DNA of 64,000 nt from a virus (taxonomy: Duplodnaviria > Caudoviricetes). The position numbers and the translations under genes were made by a program. Below are positions 31,468 to 41,400 of this stretch, in pieces (position 1 is the stretch's first letter; every line of letters starts with the position of its first letter). The notes under the pieces were generated by a model, which was not told where the DNA came from, did not search any database, and saw nothing but the letters and a program-made list of their open reading frames with translations. The DNA is taken from the IMG/VR virus record IMGVR_UViG_2832249651_000002, positions 11,383-75,382 of that record. One strand, written 5' to 3'.

Positions 31468-32880
31468 TTAAGTAGCTATAAAACTAAAGTTAAAATATAT
31501 AGTTTTATGAGGTTGACCCCTCCCAATATACAAATCACCTGTTGGATAAAGTTCTGCGGTGCATAATATATATTCGCTGATTAGAGTAAATGCTGTTTCC
31601 ATAACATCATATTGAGGCCTATAACCTACAGGAAGCTGAAATACAGCACCTGCAGGTGTATTATGAGAGCAATTCCCCGTTACATGAACTACCCCACAAG
31701 CATCCTTTCTGTACTTTATAGTACCCGTCCATCCATTTATGAGTGTAGCATTTATCCAACTAGTGTTAGCTTGTAAATTTAAAATTCCTGTAAGAGTATC
31801 TCCTGATTTACGTATCCTAGAATTATACAAATCTGATATATTTGTAGAAATGCTTGATTGAACTCCATTTGCAATTGGTATATCATCCCCTGTCAACTGT
31901 ACTTCACCAGTCTTAGAATTTACACTTTTGACTTTACCTGCATTTGCTAGAACATATTTAGTTTGCTCTGTTAAAGCTTTGCCTTTTAACTCTTCAGGTA
32001 AGGTAGGGTCGTTTATGTCTCCTATTTGATTTTGTACTGAATCAACTTTTGAATTTATGTCGGTCACATTTTGCTGTACATTTGAAACATCATCTTGAAT
32101 ATCACTAAGTTTACCTGTCAATCCTTGAACTCTATTTTGTGGTATAGAATCTATCGAAATCACACTCCCGCTGACACTACCATCTTCACCTACGGGTATG
32201 TTTTTCCACACTTCTATAGTCACCTTTGATTCTACTTCTAAAGCCTTATTTAGCTTTATCTTTTTTTCATCTATTGTGTAAAAGTCACTATCTCTAGGTA
32301 TGGCATTTATATATAATTTGACTATATCTGTAGCCTTATCAAAACTTTCCAGAGGTATGGTTATTTCCGTAGTACCAATATCGACATTATGAAATTTATA
32401 CTCATACACGTTCAATTTTGGTATTCCAGTTTCGGTCACTAAGGTTATTTGTTCATCTGTATAGTCCTTGGCTTTTTGTTCTGCTTGGTTTATTTTATTG
32501 CCGAGTTCAGATAATTGATTTCCATCAATCTTAACAGTATAAGTAGCATCGGCAGTTAATATATCAGATTCTAAAATAGGAGTAGTGAATATAATAGCAC
32601 CGCCACCATAGTCAATTTCAAAATCATCAGTGATAATTACACCATTTTTCTTGATTGATGGGGTAGGGGAGAGGAGCCAGTTTCTTTTTCCTTCTGGTGC
32701 TTGATAAATTCTACACCTATCATCATTAGATATAAACACTTCGGATAAAGGTATATCAGTTTCAGAAATAGTATTCATACCAATGGATTCTTCAATTTTT
32801 CCAACAGCTTCCTGTAGTCCAGAAATATGAGGGGAGATAATTTCCCCAGTTTTAGGATCTTGCCAATTTGTTTTAGCCAT
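31468..32880 (-). CDS. Tail fibre / baseplate upper protein
   Basis: MAKTNW N-terminus; VKSVN.KTG.V.L; FQLPVGYRP C-terminal head. Confidence 0.75.
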   Translation of the reverse strand: MAKTNWQDPKTGEIISPHISGLQEAVGKIEESIGMNTISETDIPLSEVFISNDDRCRIYQAPEGKRNWLLSPTPSIKKNGVIITDDFEIDYGGGAIIFTTPILESDILTADATYTVKIDGNQLSELGNKINQAEQKAKDYTDEQITLVTETGIPKLNVYEYKFHNVDIGTTEITIPLESFDKATDIVKLYINAIPRDSDFYTIDEKKIKLNKALEVESKVTIEVWKNIPVGEDGSVSGSVISIDSIPQNRVQGLTGKLSDIQDDVSNVQQNVTDINSKVDSVQNQIGDINDPTLPEELKGKALTEQTKYVLANAGKVKSVNSKTGEVQLTGDDIPIANGVQSSISTNISDLYNSRIRKSGDTLTGILNLQANTSWINATLINGWTGTIKYRKDACGVVHVTGNCSHNTPAGAVFQLPVGYRPQYDVMETAFTLISEYILCTAELYPTGDLYIGRGQPHKTIYFNFSFIAT

Positions 32881-32894
32881 TTATATCACCACCA

Positions 32895-33416
32895 TTACGA
32901 TATAGTAATTTGTAATTGAATTACCCATGTGTCGGGATTAGCCTTTGTCCTGAGTGCAGATTCGACCTTGCGATTCAAGTTCTTGGCGGAGTCGGAAAGT
33001 CCGTTTGCAACTGTAAACTCACGCCAATTATGATTACCTTCATCAGGTCCAAAAGTAGAGCGGAAGGTTACAATATTATTAGAAACTTGAGGGTAAGTAG
33101 AATCCATAGGAGCATAGCTTTTATTAGCACCTAATAATCCAGTTTGACTGGCACTAGCAGCAGTAGTTCCATCACCAACACCAATGTAAGCGTTACTGTT
33201 GTTGAATGGAGTTTCAGAGCCACCAATCAATAGAGTGAGTAGGGAAGTGATACCCTCACTTAAAAGTAGGTTTCCTTTGATTTCTTCTATTTCATATAGC
33301 TTCATATTTTTATCGTATTTTTCAATAGTCCATTTAGGTTGCCATTTAGCATGTTCAGCAATTCCAAGTCCAGCACCAACAGCTATAGTATCTATTCCAA
33401 AGCCTTTTTCAAGCAT
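32895..33416 (-). CDS. Baseplate/tail fibre N-terminal-like protein
   Basis: YIGVGDGT.AA..SQT.L..F...EGN..W.E. Confidence 0.7.
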   Translation of the reverse strand: MLEKGFGIDTIAVGAGLGIAEHAKWQPKWTIEKYDKNMKLYEIEEIKGNLLLSEGITSLLTLLIGGSETPFNNSNAYIGVGDGTTAASASQTGLLGANKSYAPMDSTYPQVSNNIVTFRSTFGPDEGNHNWREFTVANGLSDSAKNLNRKVESALRTKANPDTWVIQLQITIS

Positions 33417-33477
33417 ATAATCAACTCCTTTAAAATTAGTAAAATAAAAAAGCCACTCAATTAAGAATGGCTTATAA

Positions 33478-33786
33478 TTATTTATTTTTATTTAGTTCAT
33501 AAACAGTAGCTTCAATCAGAGCATCTAGTTGTTCATCAGTAACTTTAATGCCCTTGGAGTTCAGGAACTCTAATACATATTCTTTTTTATCTTTGCCTTT
33601 ACCTTTTTCTTTGTAGATTTGTTCTGCTGCATTAACAGCTATCTGAACCCAAAATATTGTGTTATCTCTTTGTTCTTTAGTAGTTTTAGATTTTAAAAAT
33701 GGTACTATTATATATGTTATAATAGCACCAATAAAAGTAATTAAAGCAGTACCTATACTTACAACAGCATCACCGTTCATAATCAT
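33478..33786 (-). CDS. LL-H family phage holin
   Basis: One TM; AVNAAEQ..G.G..KK..LIEATV. Confidence 0.85.
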   Translation of the reverse strand: MIMNGDAVVSIGTALITFIGAIITYIIVPFLKSKTTKEQRDNTIFWVQIAVNAAEQIYKEKGKGKDKKEYVLEFLNSKGIKVTDEQLDALIEATVYELNKNK

Positions 33787-33798
33787 TTACCACCTTTC

Positions 33799-34572
33799 TT
33801 ATTTAGAAATTCTATCTATAATAGACCAAAACAACCATTGAGGAACATTTTCCGCTAGAGTTTCTTTCCAAGTGTCTGGGCTATTTACAATTGGATTTCT
33901 ATTATTATCTTTTTTCTTGCTTAAAGAATCTAATGATTTAATTCCCATTTCTTCTTGCCATTTAGCTAGTTCCATTTTAATCAACTCCCCAACTTTATCA
34001 TTTTTTAATGAATTCAAGATTTCGTCAAACTGAAAATTCTTACCAGGACAAAACGGTTTGGTGACAGGATTAATCTGATAATGTCCGACTATATGATTTC
34101 TATCTAGAGGTATGTCAATTCCATAGATACGTTTAACTTCTTGGATTATATATTTGTGTAGCCATATACTAGCTTCTAGTTGTTTAGGCTCTAACCTTCC
34201 ATTAGCTTCAGATGAAAAACCTTCATGCTCAATTGATATAGTGTAATAATTAGCATTGGTTTTTCTATCTTTTACTTTAGATAGAGTAGATAAACTATAG
34301 TGCATTTTTGGATTTTTACCTTTTAAATCTACAGAAGTTCCATTTGCTTTAGCTGTATCTGTAAGTTCTACTAGTTGAGTTATTTTTCCATCTTTAGCAA
34401 CTACAAAGTGGGCAGACACCCCCGAGTTTGGATTACATAACCAGCTAACTGCTCCGTTAAATCCACCTTCTGTGATATGAGAGACTATCATATCAGGTTT
34501 CCAGCCATTTCGACCTTTAGTAATATTAGGAGAGAGCTTTTTTACTATATTAAATTCTTTGCTCATAATCAT
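33799..34572 (-). CDS. Endolysin, N-acetylmuramoyl-L-alanine amidase (Amidase_2)
   Basis: HIT, SAHFVV, ISIEHEG, GH..I..K..CPG. Confidence 0.9.
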   Translation of the reverse strand: MIMSKEFNIVKKLSPNITKGRNGWKPDMIVSHITEGGFNGAVSWLCNPNSGVSAHFVVAKDGKITQLVELTDTAKANGTSVDLKGKNPKMHYSLSTLSKVKDRKTNANYYTISIEHEGFSSEANGRLEPKQLEASIWLHKYIIQEVKRIYGIDIPLDRNHIVGHYQINPVTKPFCPGKNFQFDEILNSLKNDKVGELIKMELAKWQEEMGIKSLDSLSKKKDNNRNPIVNSPDTWKETLAENVPQWLFWSIIDRISK

Positions 34573-35098
34573 TCACCTCTTTTTTAGGAGTTTCTTCTTC
34601 CTCATAAGGTTTCATTAATTCTTTATTTTTCTTCTTTGAAAATAAAAGGAGCCAATCTAAGTCAGCTCCTGCTTCAATTAAATTTTCTATATTAGATTGA
34701 AATTCTCTCATAAACATTACAGAATAAACAAAAGATGCGATAAATATCCCTAACTGTTCTAAATATACAACTCTATAAGATAGTCCAGTTAAAATTGATA
34801 TCATAAGATAAGATACAATTTTTACCTCAGTACCTTTCCATAGAGTTTTACTAAATATTTTTTTCAACTTGACTGCATTTTTATATCCGTCATATTGCTT
34901 ACATAGTGAGTACATTTTAGTTAAAACATCACAACCGGCAGCAGCTAATACAGCAATAAAAGACATACGATAAAAGGGGACAGGGAATAGGACATAACCT
35001 ATAATTCCGAATATAGCCCCCCATATTGGTTTTGTTCCTGAAAATGCTTTTGACAAATATTCTACCATATCATTAAAAATACTTAAATTTTCATCCAT
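34550..35098 (-). CDS. Phage holin-like membrane protein
   Basis: 3-4 TM helices; EFQSNIENL..AG. Confidence 0.75.
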   Translation of the reverse strand: MDENLSIFNDMVEYLSKAFSGTKPIWGAIFGIIGYVLFPVPFYRMSFIAVLAAAGCDVLTKMYSLCKQYDGYKNAVKLKKIFSKTLWKGTEVKIVSYLMISILTGLSYRVVYLEQLGIFIASFVYSVMFMREFQSNIENLIEAGADLDWLLLFSKKKNKELMKPYEEEETPKKEVNDYEQRI

Positions 35099-35123
35099 GC
35101 CATACCCCCTGAATGTAGTTAAT

Positions 35124-38100
35124 TTATAAGGAAGTAAGTGAACGTTGGAGTTGCCTTACAAGAATTTCACTATCAATATCATCTTCCATATAATTTCTTT
35201 CGATGTTTAATAATTTATCAATCTTAATTTCTTTACGATTATCAGTTAATGAGCTAGAAGATTGACTCATAGGTCTTTGATAAAGTACATCAATTAGAGT
35301 TTCTAGTCTAGTAGATAAATCAGGAGGGAATACTAATTCTCCTGGTTTAAACATTGCAACTCCATATGATAAGGTTTTAGCTCCAGTATGGAATTCAGGA
35401 TATTCTCCAAGATTAGGGTCACGGCCATACTTAATTCTAAGTCTATCATTTTCAGCCTGTAACCTTTGCATCTCTGCATTATTAGAATGACTAAATCCTT
35501 GTCTTTGAAGTTCTTTCCATTTTTCACCGTTAGATTGAAATCTCAAATAATCAGCATCTGTCATGCCCCAATCATGCTTAGAGTATTTATCTTGAGAGTA
35601 TCTATCGCCATAATCAGAAAGACTATTACCATAATCATTAATTCCATCTACAATGCTGCCAATAGAGTTATAATCTCCATCTCTTAAAGCATTTTCTAAA
35701 GGTATAAGATAATTTTTCTGAAATTCCTCAAACATACCTTTAGACATAGTGGAAGCTAAGGCAATAAGATTAATACTATGTTCATCAAAAGCTATCTCTA
35801 TTTGTTTATAGGATTTATCAAGTTTTTCTCGTTCCTCCCTAGCAGTATCCTCAACAGATTTAACTTCATCTTGTAGTACCTTTTTCTTATCTTCAAGAGA
35901 TTGCTTTTTAAGGTCAACTTCTCTTTTGTGTTCAGCTTCATCAATCTGTTTTAAGAGTTCAGTAACTTTCTTTCTAGCATCTTCAGATGTTCTAACTTGC
36001 CAGTAGGCTAATTGTTCTTTAAGGTCAGCCATTTTTTTATCGTGGTCATATTCATCTTCCTGTCTACTAAGAAGTTCTAACTCTTTTTCAATAGCTTTAA
36101 TTTCATCTTCATGTATAGATTTCTTCTTTTTAGCTTCTTCCTCGATTTGTTCAATCCTCTTATCATGAGCTTCTTTAATAGTTTTCTGCTGGTCAGAAAT
36201 TTGTTTCTTGTATAGGTCAAATAGATTTTCAATCCTAGATTGTTCTTCAGATAGAGTGGAGGCTTTAACCTCATATAACTCACGATATTTTTTAATTTGT
36301 TCATCAACACTTAAAAGACCAAGTTTAGTCAAATGTTTAATTGAGTTTTCTTCCCTAGAAAATGAGTCTGTCATAACTTGATTTCTTAACTTATATAGAT
36401 TAAGAGTAGCTTGTTTTACGGCTTCGATATTATTGCTTTGATTTTTTCTAACCCTTTCCCAAGCTGCAATCTCATCTTCAACTGAAAGTTCGTTAAGGTT
36501 CTTCTTTTGATTAATCCAGTTAATTGAATCTTGTAAGGTTCTATCTCTTAATCGTTTTTCAGCAGAGTAGATACGTTCAGCCATATCCATTCTTTCATCA
36601 GCAGTTTTGACATATAAGAAATTAATTCTATTAAGTTCTGCTATTTCAGTTTTAATACTAGCTTGAGTTTCTTCTGATATTTTCTTTCTATGCTCCAAAA
36701 GTTTCAATGCTTCTTGTAACTGTTTATTTTCATATTTACCATCTTTAGAATCTCTAACGTTAGCAAGGTTTATGCCTTTAAAATCAACAGAGCTAATATC
36801 TAAAGCGATATTTCTGAATCGTTCTTCAATTTCTTTATATTTTTTTGCAGCAGATAGTGTATTTATTGCATCTATATTGCCGCTTACCATATCTTGTGCT
36901 AATCTACCTTTGACTAAGTGTTTTTCCATTTCATCATTACTTGTAGTCAGCACATTATAATATTCAGCCCATTTACCAGATAAGTTTTTAATTAAGTTAC
37001 TTTCAACTATTTCCTTAGCATGTGCTAGTGATTTAACATTTTCTAAGTCTTTATTATAAAATTCACCTAACTTATCAACTAATTCTTTATTACCCTTGAC
37101 CTTGGCATTGAAAAATTCTTCATTAATCATCAATATATCGGCATAAGCTTGTTTCTGAACCTTTTCCTCCTGCCGAATTATAGCTGTCAACTGCTTATGG
37201 AGTTCTTTTTCATCATCTAGGTAGGGGAGTAGTTCTTGATGCTTAGAAATTATCTCTTGCTTAGATTTAGCAGATAGACCTTCTTTAGAATTTAATTCTG
37301 CTAAAAATGAATTATACCTTTGGATTTTAGAGGTAACATCTTCAAAAGATTTTGCCAGTGCATCTGTGATTTCTTTACTAGCTTGCAAGATTTCATTATT
37401 TTTATTAGCTTTGTTGGAGTTATCGATTAGTGATTCTGTATTTCCTTCATAAATGGCAGTTAGTATCTTTTTAGCTTCTTGAAATGAATCTGTATTCATC
37501 GTAAGAGTAGAAATAGTTTCTTTTGCTTTTTCTATTGCTTTTGTATATCTTTCTAACTCTTTTGACTCAAAAGATCCCAAAGGTGTTTTTAAACTTTTCA
37601 ATGTCAATTCTTTCGCCAAGACCTCAAGTTCTTTTAGCATATCTTTTTGTCTTTCTAATTCCTCTAAATCCTTTTGATAATTATACTCTCCACCACTGAT
37701 AATACTTTGAGCTTTTAATTCAAGTCTTTTTAGTTCTTCTTCATTTAATTTTTCTATTATACTAACTTGTTCTGATAAAGACATGCTTTCGTTTTCAATG
37801 ACACTTTTGCTTTGAGGAAGTAAATCAATTATTTTCTGCTTTGCTGTTGCTAATTTCTCTTGTTCGTCAGTAGCCAATGAACTTTTATTTGCTAATTCTT
37901 CGTAAGTGGATAACAAACTCTTCAGATCACTATAGATTTCTTTCTGTTGATTAAATACCTCAATAGCTCTTTCCTGTTCCTCTCTTTGTTTCTTGATTGC
38001 ATTAGTAATAGCAACAACAACTCCTACAGTAGCAGATAAAGCGATTAGGGGATTAGCCTGTGCAAAAGCTATCATGCCAGCAGTACCACCATTTAATGCG

Positions 38101-40007
38101 TCACCCAATTCATATATCTTGTTTTTTAATAAATTAATTGTTTGAGATATATTAGGAACTTCAACTCCCAAACGTGTCATTACTGTTTGGAAGGTTTTTA
38201 CAGTTGTTATAGTAGTTAATGAGGAAAGTATAAAATCCTTTAACTCATCATCTAGATTATTTATAACATTTAATACACCAGTGCCACCGTCAACGAGTAA
38301 TTTCAGGACATTATTTAATCCAGCATCACCAATAGAAATAGCTAATTGTTCAACAGATGCTTTTAAAGACTCAGTTTTCTTCTCCAAGGTTTCCATAGTC
38401 TTAGCATTTTCTCTCATGGAGTAACCTTCTGCATCCATCATGTCATTAAGAATACCTTGAACGTTAGCAAGTCTCTCAATCATACCAATAAAATAATTTC
38501 TACGATAAACACCAGCACTAGATTGAGCAATGTCACGTTTTTCAAGGTCATTATATTCTTCTCTAGCAAGGTTATATTTTTCTTGCATTCCTAAAGCAAT
38601 GGCTAATTCTTCACTAAATAATTCGGTGTCATCAGCAGCTTTAACAAAACCATCTTGAAATACTTCACCAGATGAATTCCATTGTGAAGCAATATCTTTA
38701 AAAATATCCATAATATTTCTAAATTGTGTTTTAGCCGTATCCGAAAACATTTGAATACCCATAGATTCGAGAGTGTCTATTGACTTCGGTCTTTGCATAA
38801 ATGAAATTATAGAATTCAAAGCATTTCCGATTTCACTTCCAGCTCTTCCTGAAGCCTCACGCATAACAGTTAATAGTCCAATAGTTTCCTCAATAGACAT
38901 ATTCATATTCTTAGCAGCACTAGAAGAACGGAGTAGACCATCCACGAGGTCTTGAGATGTTACTGAGTTGCTATCCGCTACTAGATTAATTTTGTCCATT
39001 ACAAGAGCCATATCCTCGGCTTGAAGTTGCCATTGAGCCATGATACCAATCATAGACTCAGTAGCTTGAGTTGCATTAAGTTCAGCAGTATTAAGAGCGA
39101 GTAGGGAAGTCTTAGTTAATTCTAAAGAATCAGCTACATTATATCCAGATTGAGACCATCTTAGAGCGATGCTCTGGACATTCTCAAAAGTTTGACCATA
39201 GTTAACAGCTAGTTTAAATAATTCATCCCTATAATCTTTAAACACAAAGGAGCTGTCATCCATAACTCTTGAAATCTCAACCATGCCCATTTCAACATCT
39301 TTGATGGTAGTTAAAACTTCTTCTCCAGCTTTTTTAATGGTATAATACATGGCAGCATCAGCAAGCCATGAAGTATGGTTCTGTAAATCTTTACTAGGGG
39401 TATTGAAATTTTCTATTTGTTTATCATATATAGCAGAGTTTGTTTGAGCTTTTAATATATCAAGCTGTTCTTTTAATTGTTGAGTCTGCTTGACTTCCTC
39501 GGCAGATAATTTGCCTTCAGCTTGTAGTCTAGCTTGAATTACAGATAGTTGTTCTCTTAGGGTACCAGATTGCTTAGAATATTCTTCATTTAACCCTTTA
39601 GTAGTAGCTCTTTGGTGAATAAATGCAGCCTGAGCCTTCATCTGTTCAAGAGTGCTTTCTTTTATACTAGATACTTGCTTGTCATATTCTTTATTCAATT
39701 TTAAAGCTTCAGTATGAGCTTTTTTCATGGCTTGAATAGAAGACTTTTCTAGTTCTTTATAATGTTGGCTAAGTTTTTTTATTTCATCAGAAGGTTGGAA
39801 TTTATTTGTATCTTGAAAATGTTGTTTCCAGAAAGCATCTTGACTCATTTTAATACTCTTGGCATTTTCTATTGCCTTGTTCTTTTGATTATCTAAATCT
39901 TTGTTAAGTTCTTGAATTCTCTTTTGAAACTCTTGAATAGACTCTATGGCAGGATTATAGTCCAATCCAAGACTAGCTATTATTTTTAAAAAGCTATCAT
40001 CATTCAT
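35124..40007 (-). CDS. Tail tape measure protein (TP901-type core)
   Basis: 1628 aa helical/coiled-coil protein; G.EIGNAL.SI motif; C-terminal FHTG. Confidence 0.92.
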   Translation of the reverse strand: MNDDSFLKIIASLGLDYNPAIESIQEFQKRIQELNKDLDNQKNKAIENAKSIKMSQDAFWKQHFQDTNKFQPSDEIKKLSQHYKELEKSSIQAMKKAHTEALKLNKEYDKQVSSIKESTLEQMKAQAAFIHQRATTKGLNEEYSKQSGTLREQLSVIQARLQAEGKLSAEEVKQTQQLKEQLDILKAQTNSAIYDKQIENFNTPSKDLQNHTSWLADAAMYYTIKKAGEEVLTTIKDVEMGMVEISRVMDDSSFVFKDYRDELFKLAVNYGQTFENVQSIALRWSQSGYNVADSLELTKTSLLALNTAELNATQATESMIGIMAQWQLQAEDMALVMDKINLVADSNSVTSQDLVDGLLRSSSAAKNMNMSIEETIGLLTVMREASGRAGSEIGNALNSIISFMQRPKSIDTLESMGIQMFSDTAKTQFRNIMDIFKDIASQWNSSGEVFQDGFVKAADDTELFSEELAIALGMQEKYNLAREEYNDLEKRDIAQSSAGVYRRNYFIGMIERLANVQGILNDMMDAEGYSMRENAKTMETLEKKTESLKASVEQLAISIGDAGLNNVLKLLVDGGTGVLNVINNLDDELKDFILSSLTTITTVKTFQTVMTRLGVEVPNISQTINLLKNKIYELGDALNGGTAGMIAFAQANPLIALSATVGVVVAITNAIKKQREEQERAIEVFNQQKEIYSDLKSLLSTYEELANKSSLATDEQEKLATAKQKIIDLLPQSKSVIENESMSLSEQVSIIEKLNEEELKRLELKAQSIISGGEYNYQKDLEELERQKDMLKELEVLAKELTLKSLKTPLGSFESKELERYTKAIEKAKETISTLTMNTDSFQEAKKILTAIYEGNTESLIDNSNKANKNNEILQASKEITDALAKSFEDVTSKIQRYNSFLAELNSKEGLSAKSKQEIISKHQELLPYLDDEKELHKQLTAIIRQEEKVQKQAYADILMINEEFFNAKVKGNKELVDKLGEFYNKDLENVKSLAHAKEIVESNLIKNLSGKWAEYYNVLTTSNDEMEKHLVKGRLAQDMVSGNIDAINTLSAAKKYKEIEERFRNIALDISSVDFKGINLANVRDSKDGKYENKQLQEALKLLEHRKKISEETQASIKTEIAELNRINFLYVKTADERMDMAERIYSAEKRLRDRTLQDSINWINQKKNLNELSVEDEIAAWERVRKNQSNNIEAVKQATLNLYKLRNQVMTDSFSREENSIKHLTKLGLLSVDEQIKKYRELYEVKASTLSEEQSRIENLFDLYKKQISDQQKTIKEAHDKRIEQIEEEAKKKKSIHEDEIKAIEKELELLSRQEDEYDHDKKMADLKEQLAYWQVRTSEDARKKVTELLKQIDEAEHKREVDLKKQSLEDKKKVLQDEVKSVEDTAREEREKLDKSYKQIEIAFDEHSINLIALASTMSKGMFEEFQKNYLIPLENALRDGDYNSIGSIVDGINDYGNSLSDYGDRYSQDKYSKHDWGMTDADYLRFQSNGEKWKELQRQGFSHSNNAEMQRLQAENDRLRIKYGRDPNLGEYPEFHTGAKTLSYGVAMFKPGELVFPPDLSTRLETLIDVLYQRPMSQSSSSLTDNRKEIKIDKLLNIERNYMEDDIDSEILVRQLQRSLTSL

Positions 40008-40119
40008 GCAGTCACCAACTTTCGGGTATAAAAAAACCACTCATTTGAATTTGAGTGGCTTTAATGTAATTTTTCAGCATTATTTTTAAGTAATAGAAAA
40101 GAAGTGTCTTATAACACTT

Positions 40120-40629
40120 CTAATTAATGAAATTATTAGTTTCCTCTAATAATGTTTCTATTTTATCTTTAAAATCTTCTAATTGTTCAGTATAATATTC
40201 TGCTGTATTTTTTCTTTTTAATCCCATTTCTTCATTAGTTTTATCGAGGTCATATTCTGATTTAATAATTTGTAATTTACCAGATGCTATTGCTATTTCC
40301 ATCATATGCTTCAATACATTCACTTCTTCAACGGTGTAGCTTGTTGGAGAGTTCATGAATTCATCTCGTAAGGGTGCAACTTTATTCTCTACATATGCAT
40401 TAAATTCACTATCAATGGTTTGATTTTCGGCTTCTAGTACAGTGGAATGTACTTTTATTAATCCATCTACCAAGTTTAAGAAAACTGCTGCTATCATACT
40501 GTCTATTTCTGAGTATTCCTCTTTAAATTTATAATCAAATTCGTATGCTATAGTTTCTTTTTTATCGCTACAACCAAACAAACTCATTGACACAATTAAA
40601 ACTAAGATCATAGATAATATCTTCTTCAT
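40120..40629 (-). CDS. Lipoprotein moron
   Basis: Lipobox SLFGC; flanked by hairpins. Confidence 0.75.
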   Translation of the reverse strand: MKKILSMILVLIVSMSLFGCSDKKETIAYEFDYKFKEEYSEIDSMIAAVFLNLVDGLIKVHSTVLEAENQTIDSEFNAYVENKVAPLRDEFMNSPTSYTVEEVNVLKHMMEIAIASGKLQIIKSEYDLDKTNEEMGLKRKNTAEYYTEQLEDFKDKIETLLEETNNFIN

Positions 40630-40705
40630 AAAATCTCCCCCTTTCCCATAATTTTACATTAAGAGCAGAGGAATATCAATATAATAGAATAATCTTATCG
40701 TATAC

Positions 40706-41011
40706 TTAATTAAAAGCATTTGCAAAAGACATAAATTGACTTAATTTAGGTGGAGAGTCTGCCCTTGGCTCACTAGTTACAGTATGAGATAGGGTAGAGG
40801 AGCCAAATATATTTGGAACACCTATTTTAATTGGAATATTTCTTCCAATACTTTTACGATAATTATTTATTTGTGGGAGCGTTAAGTAGGGGATTTCACT
40901 ATGAGAAATACTTGTATGGCAAACTAAATCCCCAAAGATTTCTCCCCAATCAGGGGAGGTATTGTCGCCCTCCCCATCTTTTTTATCATCAGGAGAGGGC
41001 GAGGTTAGCCC
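40706..41011 (-). CDS. -1 frame extension of the tail assembly chaperone (gpGT-like)
   Basis: 102-codon open frame with no usable start codon near its 5' end, overlapping the chaperone stop at TCG GGC TAA. Confidence 0.6.
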   Translation of the reverse strand, partial: GLTSPSPDDKKDGEGDNTSPDWGEIFGDLVCHTSISHSEIPYLTLPQINNYRKSIGRNIPIKIGVPNIFGSSTLSHTVTSEPRADSPPKLSQFMSFANAFN

Positions 41012-41376
41012 GACAAGTCACACAGTTTCTTGAAATATCTCTTATAATCAACAACATCCCAGCCATCAGCCATAGTCTTTTCAAGTGACATAGGTTCGTT
41101 GTTTTCATCAAATAAATACACAATAGTTATGTCTTTACCTAAAATCTTAGCAGTGACTTTTTCGCCACCAAGCCATTTGTTCATAGCCTTTTTAGACTTT
41201 TCATCAGATAAATTGAAGATCTGATTTTCGCCCATGAAAAGTTGCTCTTTTCTAAACATTTCTATATGAGCAGATGCAATAGGTAACATAGTATACTGTT
41301 TTCCTTTAGCTTCAAACTCAACCCCACTCCCAAGCATAGCTTCTAGGGAAGTAGGGGTATTATCATCTTTACTCAT
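41005..41376 (-). CDS. Tail assembly chaperone
   Basis: Lies between major tail and tape measure genes. Confidence 0.7.
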   Translation of the reverse strand: MSKDDNTPTSLEAMLGSGVEFEAKGKQYTMLPIASAHIEMFRKEQLFMGENQIFNLSDEKSKKAMNKWLGGEKVTAKILGKDITIVYLFDENNEPMSLEKTMADGWDVVDYKRYFKKLCDLSG

Positions 41377-41400
41377 CTAAATTACCTCCTTGACCTAAAT

